Source of the DNA: Octopus bimaculoides
Lineage: Eukaryota
Direction of reading: 5' to 3'
DNA length: 64,000 bases
NCBI RefSeq assembly: GCF_001194135.2
Contig: NC_069002.1
Location: 2,682,642 to 2,746,641 of the forward strand
How positions within the stretch are numbered: the stretch's first letter is position 1; each line of letters begins with the position of its first letter. Shown piece after piece: positions 27,141 to 40,335 of the stretch. Below the pieces are notes generated by a model. The model was not told the DNA's origin, ran no database searches, and saw only the letters and a list, made by a program, of their open reading frames with translations. A program made the translations under genes and the position numbers.

Positions 27141-27655
27141 CCCCATAGTCTTCATTTGTCGCTATATATAATTTTCCTATATACTGTACGTTTCGCTGAA
27201 AACTAATGCCGTTGGAAGGAATATTAGTGTTCCATGCAAACAGTCTCAGGAAAAGATACTCTACAAGGAAGCGAAAATACACACGAATATTGAACTAAGG
27301 TTACATATATTCATATTAAGAAAAATGTTAACGTACTTCCAGTTCTGATTGAATTTCAGCTACTATTTGAATCTGTTCTACAGGTGAAAATAATTGTCAT
27401 AATATTGCAGTAAATTAGAGAGATATTTTGGATATATTCCATGTTTTAGAGGCACGGTGGTGGGAGGCTGGCTAGATTTCACTTACTTTGTTGTGAAATG
27501 AATCTTACGTGCAACAAATATTAAATCGGAGGTATGAATATAAATTATCTACCTGCCTAGACTTATTATGAATAAATATGCAAAAATTCGTTTCAGATCT
27601 TGCTGTAAACGGTACGAACAATGAATTTTTTTTATTTTTTTTTATCGATTGACAG

Positions 27656-27769
27656 ATATCCGCACCGACCAACCAACATTAATTTTCGCTGAAATTACAA
27701 ACAAAGGAAAGCTACTTGGCAGTTTGTCGAAACACCAATGTCCCAGAGTTCCCTGCGCCATTAAGTCCA
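27656..27769 (+). CDS. Candidate internal exon A of an unidentified gene
   Basis: T-rich tract plus GACAG acceptor and A|GTATGT donor; 114 nt, phase 1-1, only one open frame: IRTDQPTLIFAEITNKGKLLGSLSKHQCPRVPCAIKS. Confidence 0.45.
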
Positions 27770-29322
27770 GTATGTTGTACACATTGTCGTTATAAAAGAG
27801 AAAAAGCTTTTCTTCTCGACGTAATGATTAGCATATTTTGCGTCTGCCCCTGCTAAGACGTATTAAAAATGAATATACAAATGGTCGTTCTAGATCAAGC
27901 TGTGTATCCTGCACACAACCATTTTATATGTGCACTATGTTCTATATATAGTGAGGACGCAGAAGTGCCGAATGGCAATACACTACGCCCGGTCATTTTT
28001 AAAAAGAAGATAAACACGTTAAATAATATGACTTAGATCAAACAACAAAACGCTCCACTCTGTGTCATATGTGAACTTATATCTGCTCATCTGATCGTTT
28101 GCTCACGAAGCCAAACATACCCAACAACAGGAAAAATAATAGAAATATTATATAAAATAAGGAAACTTAATCTTTATAAATATTTCATGTTCGGAGTATC
28201 CTTGTTAGAAAGAATTCTCTTTCGGTATAGTTTGATTTATGCGAGCTATCTGGTTGTCATGGCCTTTGAAAGAAACAACAGTCAATTCTCTTTCATTTTA
28301 CCTCATATTGTCTTTAGAATTTCATGAAGATTTTGGACAATACCGTTCTAGAAAAAAAAATACTAAAAGGGAAAAATGTAAACAAAATACGAGATATTCT
28401 CGGCCGCATTGCATATCCTCATATTTTTGCTTAATCAGTATTAACCGGCAGCTAAATATCATCAACGAAAACTTGTAATTTCAAAAATCTTTACTCCTTT
28501 CTGTCTTTACCCCAACTCTCTCACCCTTTCTGCCCCACTCTCCCTGACACACAGTCTCTATCGGTCGCTTTATCTTTCTCTTCTTCTCTCTGATCTTTCT
28601 TTAGCTTCCATCTTTTCCATCTTTCCAGACAGAGGGAAAAAGAAGATATTCATATTTTTTCTTTCTTTTTTTTTACGCTGCACCGCTTAATAACAATGTC
28701 TGCGTATTGATGAAATCCAATTATATTGATACTGGTGTTGAACACCTTACAACATATCAACAAAGAATTCTCTTTAATCTACCTTAACATAACTTGTCTA
28801 TATGGTCACTAAATTCGCTTATCGCATTTACAATTTCCTACACTACGAGAACTTTTTCCAGTCTCTTTGATCAATTTCAATAAGAAACTGAATAATAAAA
28901 ACAACAACAGATAAACAACAAATAAAAATAATAATAACCGTAATAATAATAATAACAATAATAGTCGACTATCTCTTATCCGCAGAACATTAGTTATTTC
29001 AGTGACAGAATATGGCAGACGATAATCCCTGCACCTTCACACAACGTAATACTGATACTTATATAAGCGTACATACACATACATCCATGCGTACAACTAC
29101 ACTCTCAAACACATACACCTGGAGGTATATGTGTATGTGTATGAATACATGCATATATAGATATATATATATATGTATATATATACGTGTGTATGTATGT
29201 ACATGTACATATACGTATGTATAAATATGAAAATATAACAAATATACATATGCATGTCTATGGTATGTGTTATATCTAGGTATTTGCATATATATATGTG
29301 TGTGTGTGTGTGTGTGAGTGTG

Positions 29323-29354
<32 letters not shown>

Positions 29355-30075
29355 ATATAATATAAATATGCACAAACTATACAATGATATACGTTACTGT
29401 GTGTATATATATTGGTTGTATCTTTCTCTCTCTCTCTCTCNNNNNNNNNNNNNNNNNNNNNNNNNNNNNNNNNNNNNNNNNNNNNNNNNNNNNNNNNNNN
29501 NNNNNNNNNNNNNNATAAATATATATACATGAATGTATAAATATATACATTCATGCAAATCAGTGCATAAATACATACACATATACATACATATGTACAA
29601 ACATATATTGTAGTTTATTGGAGATTAATCGCAGAGTGGCTTTCAAGGAGAGAAATGATACTGTTGGTTCTGTTATTGGTGACTATGAGATTTCGGTAAA
29701 TTCATTAGATGCCAACCAGTTACCGACCTCTAAAAATACCAAATTCTTTATCTTCAAACAACCAATTTTTATACGATGTAATTTCGTGCCAAGACGCCTT
29801 CGTTCATTCTATTCCGTACCGACTTCTCATTGATATGATATTGACTAACATTGACACATACATTCATACACCTACACAAACAGCACAGACACACACACGT
29901 ACACATACACACATACGCACACACACGCACACAGAAATACAAACACGGACACACACGCACGCCTGGGCGCACGCATATATATATACATATGTATACATAT
30001 ATAGGTGCGTATATATATGTATGCATATATGTATATAAACACACTTGTATGCTTATGTATAGATGTATATGAATA

Positions 30076-30115
<40 letters not shown>

Positions 30116-30315
30116 TATATATATACAACCTTAACTATACACACACACACATTTTCGGACACACAAACAATTATATAGACGTGTGTAATATTCGTATATA
30201 TATATATATATATATATCTGCAGATATTTAGATATACATTCATACATATATACCTTCATACGGTGATATTTATAAACATAAATTTATATTTTTGTATATG
30301 CAAATGAGTGTGTTT

Positions 30316-30375
<60 letters not shown>

Positions 30376-30690
30376 TCTTTTTAGTCTTATTTAAGTTTTT
30401 CTAAAGAGAATCCAAGACGCTCACTGACAAAACGATGTGACTTTTCGACGTAAGAGATTTCCCTCTGTGAATGAATATGTGGTTGAATCAGTACGTTGCT
30501 TTAACCCTCGACGCACATGTCCAAGTTTGTACATCAATTCGTCAAAAAAATTCTCAGATTGAAAATCTCAAGAATGTCTTACAATACTTCCCTGTGCGGC
30601 TAATAGAATTGGTTTGGAGATACCGCGTCAGTTTCTTTTGCACTTACTACCAAAGACATAGTATTTTTAACTTTTTCTATAAATTTATAG

Positions 30691-30751
30691 GTACAGAACT
30701 CAATGCACCAATGATGAGAAATACAACCGAGAGCTTATCATCAGAGTGCAG
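30691..30751 (+). CDS. Candidate internal exon B
   Basis: TTTTTCTATAAATTTATAG acceptor and CAG|GTACTG donor; the phase 1-2 frame TELNAPMMRNTTESLSSEC fits exons A and C; a second frame is also open. Confidence 0.4.
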
Positions 30752-31192
30752 GTACTGTGATGCTTACTTTAGTTCACCATATTTCTTTTTCCTGGACTTT
30801 TGATTGTAGGTTTACATTCGCTGGTCAACTGACCTCTACAACATTACATGATTTATGTATGTATGTTTGTGTGTATGTATGTGTATGTATGTATGTATGT
30901 ATGTATGTATGTGTTAGTGTATCGTACCCTGCGGTTACAAGTTATATCAAAACGAACACGAAAATATGACGGAATTAATATATATTTCGCTTCATAAAAC
31001 TAAGAGTAATTTATAAGTTTCTTCGTAAAGTTACCCATAGTTCCACAGTCCGATATTTATAAATATTTATGAAGAAAAATTAAACAGTAAATATTTATAT
31101 GCGCATACTCCTATGTATTGCAGTACATCATCGTATATGCAATAATCCCCACGAACGCACAAACACGTTCATTCACACACAGGTAAATAAGC

Positions 31193-31236
<44 letters not shown>

Positions 31237-31737
31237 TTAGGGTGGGATACAACTTTGGAGATGCAATCTTGCTTTGTAGGGAATTATGAAAGGGAAAAAA
31301 CAAGTTATGTTTCACATATCTTGGTCGCAACATACGGCTTATCTACAAAATCAGATTTCAATCTCGTATCACGTAAGCTTCAGCTTAGTTTATAGATTAT
31401 AATCTTAAAATGTCTCAACCCAATATGGAAATCTAAGCTTTCTGTCGAAAATCATGTATACTGTATTTGAATCTGAGCTATTTAATGGCTTTTTTCAAAC
31501 ATAATAAAGATAGGGAGCAATGCAATTATGTAGGAAGTGTGGTACATACATGCGCATGCGCATGCTTCTTACATTTTTCAAATGCCATGGAAAGATTGCC
31601 CTACAAAAACAGATTCTCAATGCATCAGACATGTTAGACAAAAAGGAATCTGTTAAGCTGACACCGATGTAGATCTAAGACGATGTTGGTTTCTGACATC
31701 CGACTTTCGAAACCTCGACATGTTTTTACTTGTGTAG

Positions 31738-31801
31738 ATCATGGTATGAAAAATTAAGTCAAACAATAAGCAGAAGTGAACACTGCTGCTGGAAACTGGA
31801 A
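31738..31801 (+). CDS. Candidate internal exon C
   Basis: TTTTTACTTGTGTAG acceptor and GAA|GTACGT donor; only phase 2 is open: SWYEKLSQTISRSEHCCWKLE. Confidence 0.4.
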
Positions 31802-31861
31802 GTACGTTGAAAACCGATCGAGATCTATCTTACATACACACATATATACACGTACACAAAC

Positions 31862-31899
<38 letters not shown>

Positions 31900-32189
31900 G
31901 CACACACGACGAGCTTCTTTCAGATTCTGTCTACCAAATCCACAAGGGCTTAAATATACACACGCACACGCACACATGCATACACACGCACGCATGCACA
32001 TGCATAGGGTATTTTAAGCTTTTAAAACCTACATTTTATACACTGGAATTGTAAAAAATCTGTAAAACTTTAAGTGTATATTTAACTATATATAAGCATA
32101 TCTAGAGATGTAAGCATATGCATGAGAAAACATGCATAAAAGAAAACATACAAAACTGCATGTATACACACATACATACATACATACAG

Positions 32190-32290
32190 AAATATCTTGT
32201 TGATGCTATGGAGATTCCAATGAAGGAGCCGTGGAACTAGGTTTGAAACTGACTCTTTCTCTTGATATATATGTGAAGGAAGCCATATAT
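32190..32290 (+). repeat. Dispersed repeat, family C, copy 1 (possibly a Penelope-like end)
   Basis: CAGAAATA..TGTTGATG..TCCAATGAAGGAGCC..AGGTT.GAAACTG.CTCTT shared with 33910-34015. Confidence 0.65.
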
Positions 32291-32892
32291 TTGTATTTGT
32301 TTATGTTCCATTCGAAATTATTATCAGTAACAGCAATTACAATAACTACTATTGTATATTTAATGTTAAATGCTAGACTTTATTCCACTGCGACCTAGCT
32401 GCACTTCATCCAATATGTCATATTCTCGCGTGTAAATCCTATATGCCACGCTACGTGTGAACGGTGCCTGTGAAACTCTATATTCAAGCAAAGTGAAGCT
32501 GGAATTTCATCACATGTTCACATGTAATTTTTGCAAAGAAATCTTAAGAAATAAAACTATTTCACTTACAAGTATATGAATATTGGCGTTTATGAATACA
32601 AAATTGGTTTCGTATATTATATATATGCTACGGGAATGAATACGCGTAACTTGCGCAAACATGCGTTTGATAGAGTGACATTTCTTGTGCATTATTTCCG
32701 GTAGTAGACTTTAAATGCGCCTGCCGCTTTCCTTTGTCTGTAATTGAAAATGCAGAAGTAAATGAAATTTTAGACAATATACATGCGCGTGTGCGGTTGT
32801 GTGCGGGCGCTTGCATGTGTGTGCGCCCGCGCTTGCGTGTGTGTGTGTTTGTGTGTGCATGTATGTATGTGTTATATCATATTGTATCATAT

Positions 32893-32933
<41 letters not shown>

Positions 32934-33399
32934 TATNNNNNNNNNNNNNNNNNNNNNNNNNNNNNNNNNNNNNNNNNNNNNNNNNNNNNNNNNNNNNNNN
33001 NNNNNNNNNNNNNNNNNNNNNNNNNNNNNNNNNNNNNNNNNNNNNNNNNNNNNNNNNNNNNNNNNNNNNNNNNNNNNNNNTCAAAAATAATATGGAAATC
33101 GAAATGTTTGAAACAAATTCATATTATTTTACTCACCAATGTCACCTTTACATGTGTTTCGATAACAAATATAGTAGAAATTATGAAGTCATTTCTTCAT
33201 ACCATGTGAAATCGCATCAGCACAATTCTATATTTCGAATAACACTTAATTTGGTAATCGTGTATGACGTAAGACATCTTTTATAATAAATTTTCGTCCA
33301 GTCAGAGAAATACATATATATATATACCGTAAGAGGAAATGTAATGATATACTTTGCAAACTTGCATGTGCATATGTATATTTGTGTTTGAAGAATACT

Positions 33400-33570
33400 T
33401 TAGGAATGAGAACCTAGGTTCGAAATTTCCCCAAGACACCTGATGAAGGCTGGATGGTATATCAGACGAAACATTGTGCTAACAACAAACAAGATGAGGA
33501 CAACTATCCGTCAAATGTAAATAATGCAAATAATGTACATCATTCCTCATCTTTTAAATATAGAACTGAA
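33400..33570 (+). mobile_element. Penelope-like terminal repeat, family A, copy 2 (mutated hammerhead-like motif at 33435-33480)
   Basis: GACAC CTGATGA A GGCTG gatggtatat CAGAC GAAAC ATT GTGCT; homologous to 8300-8430. Confidence 0.7.
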
Positions 33571-33909
33571 CGCAGACAATGTGTGAAATTTTCTCCAAGA
33601 GCAAAACCAGTGTAAGTTAAAGAACTACAAGTACCATAGTCTGGACACTCAGCACAGATTTAGTATCTTCTCTCCTGTTTTGCACTAATACCATGCGAAA
33701 TTAATGATGATCGGATTGGTCTATCGGTGATTAAATATTGATTAATTTAATTTCTGTAATGACTTTCTAATAAAATAAAATCAAATTCATTTACCTGGAA
33801 AGTCACAAGTAAACATGTATACGTTAATGCGTGCGTACAATACATTTATTCCTATATGTGTGTGTATAAATATACATACATACATACATACATACATGCA
33901 TGCATACAT

Positions 33910-34015
33910 ACAGAAATAACCTGTTGATGTTGAAAATCCAATGAAGGAGCCTTGAATTTAGGTTAGAAACTGGCTCTTCCTCTGTTGGCAAGAAATCTTG
34001 AAATAAAAGTCAATA
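33910..34015 (+). repeat. Dispersed repeat, family C, copy 2
   Basis: Homologous to 32190-32290. Confidence 0.65.
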
Positions 34016-34583
34016 ATGACATATATATACACACACACATACATACATACATACATACATACATACATACATACATACGTACGTAATTACATATTCATGT
34101 TTACTAATAGTTTACTTAGATATATATGCAGTGCAATATCTGAGTACTCGGTTAAGTGAGTGTTTAGCGCATGAGTGTGTGTGAGTGCGAGTCAATGATC
34201 ACACATGCGCGCATGTATGTATTGTGTATGTGTGTGAATTTATATAAACTTGCTTACTGATAGAGATAACGATCAATATACGAATAGAGAGAAACAGATA
34301 GTGTAAGGCGCTGGAAAATCAAATTATATAATGAATCCATACAGAGGCACTGCGAAACAACCACGCACGCACATATAATAAATATAAACATATATATAGA
34401 TATAGATATAGATATAGATATAGANNNNNNNNNNNNNNNNNNNNNNNNNNNNNNNNNNNNNNNNNNNNNNNNNNNNNNNNNNNNNNNNNNNNNNNNNNNN
34501 NNNNNNNNNNNNNNNNNNNNNNNNNNNNNNNNNNNNNNNNNNNNNNNNNNNNNNNNNNNNNNNNNNNNNNNNNNNTATACATA

Positions 34584-34619
<36 letters not shown>

Positions 34620-35659
34620 TGTATATATGCATATATGCATATATATGTATAGACGCGCACATACACACACACACACATATATGTATACATAAACCTGTAT
34701 ACAAAAATATATGTGAGTTTTAGCGTTTAGTTAAAAGTACAAATTAGATATGTGATTGAATAATCTTTATAATTTCATTTGTTTACTATCAATTCTCTTC
34801 AACAGGATGAAAGTCTTTAAAAGCTGGATTTAAGTAATTCCTTATCCCTTGAGTGACTTCAATTTTTGCCGTTTGTTCGTATCGATATGGTTTCTATATA
34901 TATTGAAATAAGTGCAATACTGGGTAGCAAGGTCTAGAAACGCGTAGGAATCTTCGTTATCGGAACGATTCCACAATATCTTAAATGACTTATGTGGCGT
35001 GAGGTCGAGAAATATGTTTATGTAAGAGAAACCTATCTGAGGTTTCTAAGTGATGGACGTTTTTCACACAATGCAATCTCGCAAGACACTTCAGAAGATA
35101 TTGCTTGAATCAAAACTAAAATCTCATACTTAACGATGTCTTATATAGCCACCAAAAACTCAATATCGTTCTTGCAAGCGGATATATTACAGCTTGTCAA
35201 TTTTGGCATAGTTACTCTGTGCAGCAATTAAAATTCCTATAACCAACCCATTTCTAATCTGTTGACCCGATACGGTTTAGAAACATTATTTGGCGGTCAC
35301 TTGTATGTAGCGATTCACAGGAGTCAAAATTTAACGCAGAAAGAAAATGAGGACACATTTCTCTCATTCTCAAGTTCATGCTAGCTTCTTGAATTGGTTA
35401 TGAAAGGTAAAATTGAGTACAAGGTCAATATTCTCTGTTGCACCAAGATATTTTGCAAGTTTTACCTCTAGTATTTCGTCATCCAAGTGAGTAGAATGCG
35501 GTAACGTAGGCTTAAAAACCAAACTGAAATTGGTATATCTGAATTTTCTTCGGGCAACCAAATGCAGGTCGACATTTGATATGCTGTTAGACTAAGAAGT
35601 TTAGCAAAATATGAACACTCAGAGCGGGAATTTCAATATGTATATAGGCGGCAGTACTA

Positions 35660-36035
35660 TCAGCCAATCAGAACTTAGAGGTCCCTCATTTAAGCTGTCA
35701 AAGGAAGATTTCTAACCAAACTAGAATCGGCAAGGAGGGCGGGAGATAGATGTTAAATTATAATTGATTAGAATAAATAAAAGAAAAAGCATAGTAGAAA
35801 ATGTGAACGACGTATTATCTTCCAGTGCCTCGAAATCTAGTGATTCCAAATAGAATCAGTGACTGGTAGCGAGATTTCATTATCAGAGAGACCGGCGCCA
35901 AATTTGAAGCTGACTTCGTCAATTCTTCGAAGTAATCTGCGTACTCAATCATAAAGAGATGATGTACTATGCTATATTGTACTGTGTAGCACGGTTATGA
36001 TTATAAAATATACGGGCAGATAAGATTGGCGCCGT
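35660..36035. promoter_or_regulatory. Putative promoter motif cluster (NF-Y, GC box, E2F/CHR-like)
   Basis: AGCCAATCAG 35662-35671; GGGCGGG 35737-35743; GGCGCCAAA-TTTGAA 35894-35908; ATTGGCGCC 36025-36033. Confidence 0.35.
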
Positions 36036-36267
36036 TTATTTATTTCCTACATTTTACACGACGAAATGTCTATAATTTAATTACTTTAAAATAAATAGAA
36101 TGGTTACAACGAGGTTGAGTAAAAGTCGAAATTTAAGCATGGAATAAGCAAAGCCTAAAGTCAATAGGTAGTAGAGGTGAAGATATATTCACTTTTACCA
36201 TTTTTCCATGTGATTGTGAACTTGATAGGATGTCAGTCGTTTCTTACACTTGCACATATATTAATTT

Positions 36268-36300
<33 letters not shown>

Positions 36301-36824
36301 TAAAGGAGGAATAGATAGAGATATTAGAACCAAACAAGTACCATTCAAGCACTCTAGTATAATCCATCGAATTATGCATGGAATGGTGTGGAATAACTGG
36401 GACTATTTAAGTTTAAAGAATTCCAATGTTCGTCACCCGATTGGTAAATCCTGAGCTCGCTACTTTGCATTATAAACAGTTTAATGATTGTATCTACAAG
36501 AGAGTTCAAATGAATAAAGGAAATTAAACATCTGCACAGATTTTATTATTAGAGGCATTTATACAGTATATCTAATTTAAACCGCAATGCGACAAATTTT
36601 TATGCAGCATTGATATCCTGCAATATGCTTTTTATTTACATCCTGTTTGTACATCTGCATTTAGATTTCATTCAAGTTTAAAACGTGACCATGCAGCTTT
36701 ATTCAAGGTGTTGCCACTCTTAAAGTTTGATGCGAACTGGAATATAGCAGTTTAAACAGTCTTATATTTTTAGTAATGGACGATTAGTGCTGAGTGAAAA
36801 AAAATAAGAGATGAAATGAGAGAT

Positions 36825-36950
36825 CGACGTCGACGAGCGTAGGCTCGAAACGTACAAGACATTCTCACTTCCGGAGCGTTAAACTAACACATCTGTGTGT
36901 TGTTTACACACTCGTCTTCATTTGTTTTTTGTAAATTCTCACTATATATA
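36825..36950 (+). mobile_element. Probable Penelope-like 3' end, family D
   Basis: GACGAGCGTAGGCTCGAAACGTA hairpin plus GAAAC motif, followed by a T-rich tail; core degenerate. Confidence 0.45.
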
Positions 36951-37536
36951 CATAGATGCATATATATATNNNNNNNNNNNNNNNNNNNNNNNNNNNNNNN
37001 NNNNNNNNNNNNNNNNNNNNNNNNNNNNNNNNNNNNNNNNNNNNNNNNNNNNNNNNNNNNNNNNNNNNNNNNNNNNNNNNNNNNNNNNNNNNNNNNNNNN
37101 NNNNNNNNNNNNNNNNNNNNNNNNNNNNNNNNNNNNNNNNNNNNNNNNNNNNNNNNNNNNNNNNNNNNNNNNNNNNNNNNNNNNNNNNNNNNNNNNNNNN
37201 NNNNNNNNNNNNNNNNNNNNNNNNNNNNNNNNNNNNNNNNNNNNNNNNNNNNNNNNNNNNNNNNNNNNNNNNNNNNNNNNNNNNNNNNNNNNNNNNNNNN
37301 NNNNNNNNNNNNNNNNNNNNNNNNNNNNNNNNNNNNNNNNNNNNNNNNNNNNNNNNNNNNNNNNNNNNNNNNNNNNNNNNNNNNNNNNNNNNNNNNNNNN
37401 NNNNNNNNNNNNNNNNNNNNNNNNNNNNNNNNNNNTATATAATATATATATATGTGTGTGCGTGTGTGTGTATTGACGGATGTATGTATGTATGTATATA
37501 TACATATATATGCATGTATATAGAAGTATGTGTATA

Positions 37537-37569
<33 letters not shown>

Positions 37570-38188
37570 GCATATATTCCTGTTTTATACATATATATAT
37601 ATATATATCCACACATCCAAACACGACCAAACACTCGTGTTGATAATATATGTTACCATGATATTAGATATGTATAAATTTGTATAGAACGATCGCATCT
37701 ATGTGGTATCTTGCCTTGCTTCTTGCTGACTAAACGTGCTGATATTAATCTGCAGTGAATAAAATGAAAATACTAATAACAACAACAACAATAATGATAA
37801 TAATACTACTACTAATAATAATAATAATTATTATTATTATTATTATTTTCATTATTATTATTATTATTATTATCATTATTTTCAAAAAGAAAAAGAAACG
37901 AGAGATTTTTGTCTAAGATACATTATATGCAAATTGAATTCTGTGAACATGAAGCCATCAAAACCGTATTTAATGGTAACGCATCCACCACGAAGGCCGC
38001 CATTGATATTAACAAGATCGGCTACATCTCTACCAGCAATTCTACTGCACCCGCCCTCCCCGCTTCCACTGGCGCCGCCCTCTTCAATAGATTTATTATC
38101 AGGAACGAAAATCAGCAGCAGATCATGAACGAATCAAAATGGAAAATATATGTTCTAAAACCTTTTTGCTCTCTCTCTCTATCTCACA

Positions 38189-38225
<37 letters not shown>

Positions 38226-38262
38226 ATTTTCTCTCTCTCCTCGACTTCCTTTTCGTGAGTCT

Positions 38263-38335
<73 letters not shown>

Positions 38336-39074
38336 ACTCTCTCTCTCTCTTGAAATCTCTTGAAATCTCTCTTGAAATCTCTATATTTCTCTCTCTACTC
38401 TCATAAGAAATGCTTTCTCGCCAAAAAACTGCACGACAAAAGTATTTCACTCGAAAAAGAAATGATAAATTTTACAATACGTGAAGTTTAATACTTGTAA
38501 AAAAAAAAAATTGCTTGTTTTTCATTTTACAACACATTTGCATTTCTATTCTTTACAAACAGCAATCACTCGATATATTTATAAACTGGTGGTTTTTTCT
38601 TTTTTCTTTCTATGTGTGTATGTTTGTATGTTTGTGTGTATCTAATCCTCTACAGATACAAACATAAATGAAAGTTGGCGATTCCAAATGCCCTCCTGAC
38701 AATATATACCATTATATTCCACAAGACACACACATGTGTGTGTGTCTGCGTGTGTGTGTGTGTATGGCATGTATATATTATGTTTCTGCTATATTTCTAG
38801 TTAGTAACAATGTGTTTGTCACATAATATAGAATTACATAAAAACAGATGGTGGATTGAATTACAGAATATATTTATATCATGCTCATCATCATCATCAT
38901 TATCATTACCATCATCGTCAAAGTTGCTGTTGTTATTATTATGATATCATTTTTGCTTTAAAGTAATCTTATTTTTATTGCATTATTTCCGAAAACAACC
39001 AAGCACTGCTCTGTGTGATTTACTTATGAGGAATTCTTCGTGTTCTGTGTTTTTCTCTTATTTTCTGTTTTAAA

Positions 39075-39365
39075 CTAAAGAGATGATTGCATTGTTGTGA
39101 TGTGTTGTCCATATTCTTTATATGTGTAAATCCTTCCATGCTGCTTGTTTATTTGTGCGTATCTTTCGTTAATCATACCAAAGGCACGTTTTGTCATTAG
39201 TGTTGTCTCTGATTTCAATATCCACATCCCGGTTGTCTCTATTTCCAGATTTTTTATATTTAGATAAATTCTGTTTTGAAGCAACATTTCTATTAGAAGA
39301 CACTTCCTTTCCGGATGTTCACTTTGCAATATTTTTATAATTTTGTTCAGCTTTTTGAATTGCAA
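39075..39365 (-). mobile_element. R4/Dong-type LINE endonuclease region remnant
   Basis: HPERKCLLIEM...KNLEIETTGMWILKSET...RAFGMI matches K.C.LID...KYKDLEIE..RMW.LK....GALG.I. Confidence 0.8.
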
Positions 39366-39620
39366 TACCTCGTAAAATTCATTGTCACGTGGCGATATTC
39401 TTAATCCCTTTCCGATTTATGCTCGTATCATTTCGTTTCTGGTTTTATTTGAGCCCACAAATATTCTTTACTCCGTATGAAATTCCAGCCCGTATTTTGT
39501 CTGTAAATGTACAACAGTATACAACAATACAGCCAGCCCTCACTCACGGACGAGTATGGCTAGATAAACATGTACTGTGTTTTCGCTAATTATTTTATGT
39601 GCTTGTATGGTCAACAGCAG

Positions 39621-39689
39621 ATACTGACGATCTCTGCAGAATAGCCATGTGCCAACTGGAGAAAGAGAGCGCTGCACAAAGAGCTCCTG
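39621..39689 (+). CDS. Weak candidate exon
   Basis: CAACAGCAG acceptor and G|GTACTC donor; 69 nt, phase 1-1: TDDLCRIAMCQLEKESAAQRAP. Confidence 0.2.
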
Positions 39690-40118
39690 GTACTCATTTA
39701 CAGTTCAGTTCTTGAGGGATGCATCAAGAAATAACAGTCAAATTTTCCATGATTTCCATGCTAACGTATTATCAAGATGGAACGATAAATTAGAATCTAA
39801 TGTATCGCTTTGTTGTTCAGTTTAAATCATATGATGCATTCGAAGACAAATCTAATGGTAGGATGGTTGCCGTGGGACCATCTTTGACACAGAGGTGTGT
39901 TTGTCTAGAATTAATGTGGAGGTGGAAATAAAACAAGACAATGGTAAGAACACAGCCATTCATAATCTCATTTGCATTTTGTTGATACTTCTGTAACTAG
40001 CCCCACCACTATTAATTCTACTATTACAAATAGAACTACTATCGCCACTACTATAGTCACTACTACTACTACTACTGATGCATTAATTAATTAATCATTA
40101 AGCTGTCGAATAAAATAT

Positions 40119-40335
40119 AAAGAGCGAGTTGGGAGAATCATTAACACGCTGATTAAAATGCTTTACTCTGTTTCATCCGTTTTTACATTCTGGGTTCAAA
40201 TTCCGCCGAGGTCAACTTTGCCTTTCATCCTCTCGAGGTCGATAAAATAAGTACCGGCTGAACACTGGGATCGAAATAATCGACTGCCTATTTCCCACAA
40301 AATTGCCGGCTTTGTATCAAATTTTTGAAACCAAT
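40119..40335 (+). mobile_element. tRNA-derived SINE (family 3)
   Basis: GGGTTCAAATTCCGCCGAGGTCAACTTTGCCTTTCATCCTCTCGAGGTCGATAAAATAAGTACC. Confidence 0.85.
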
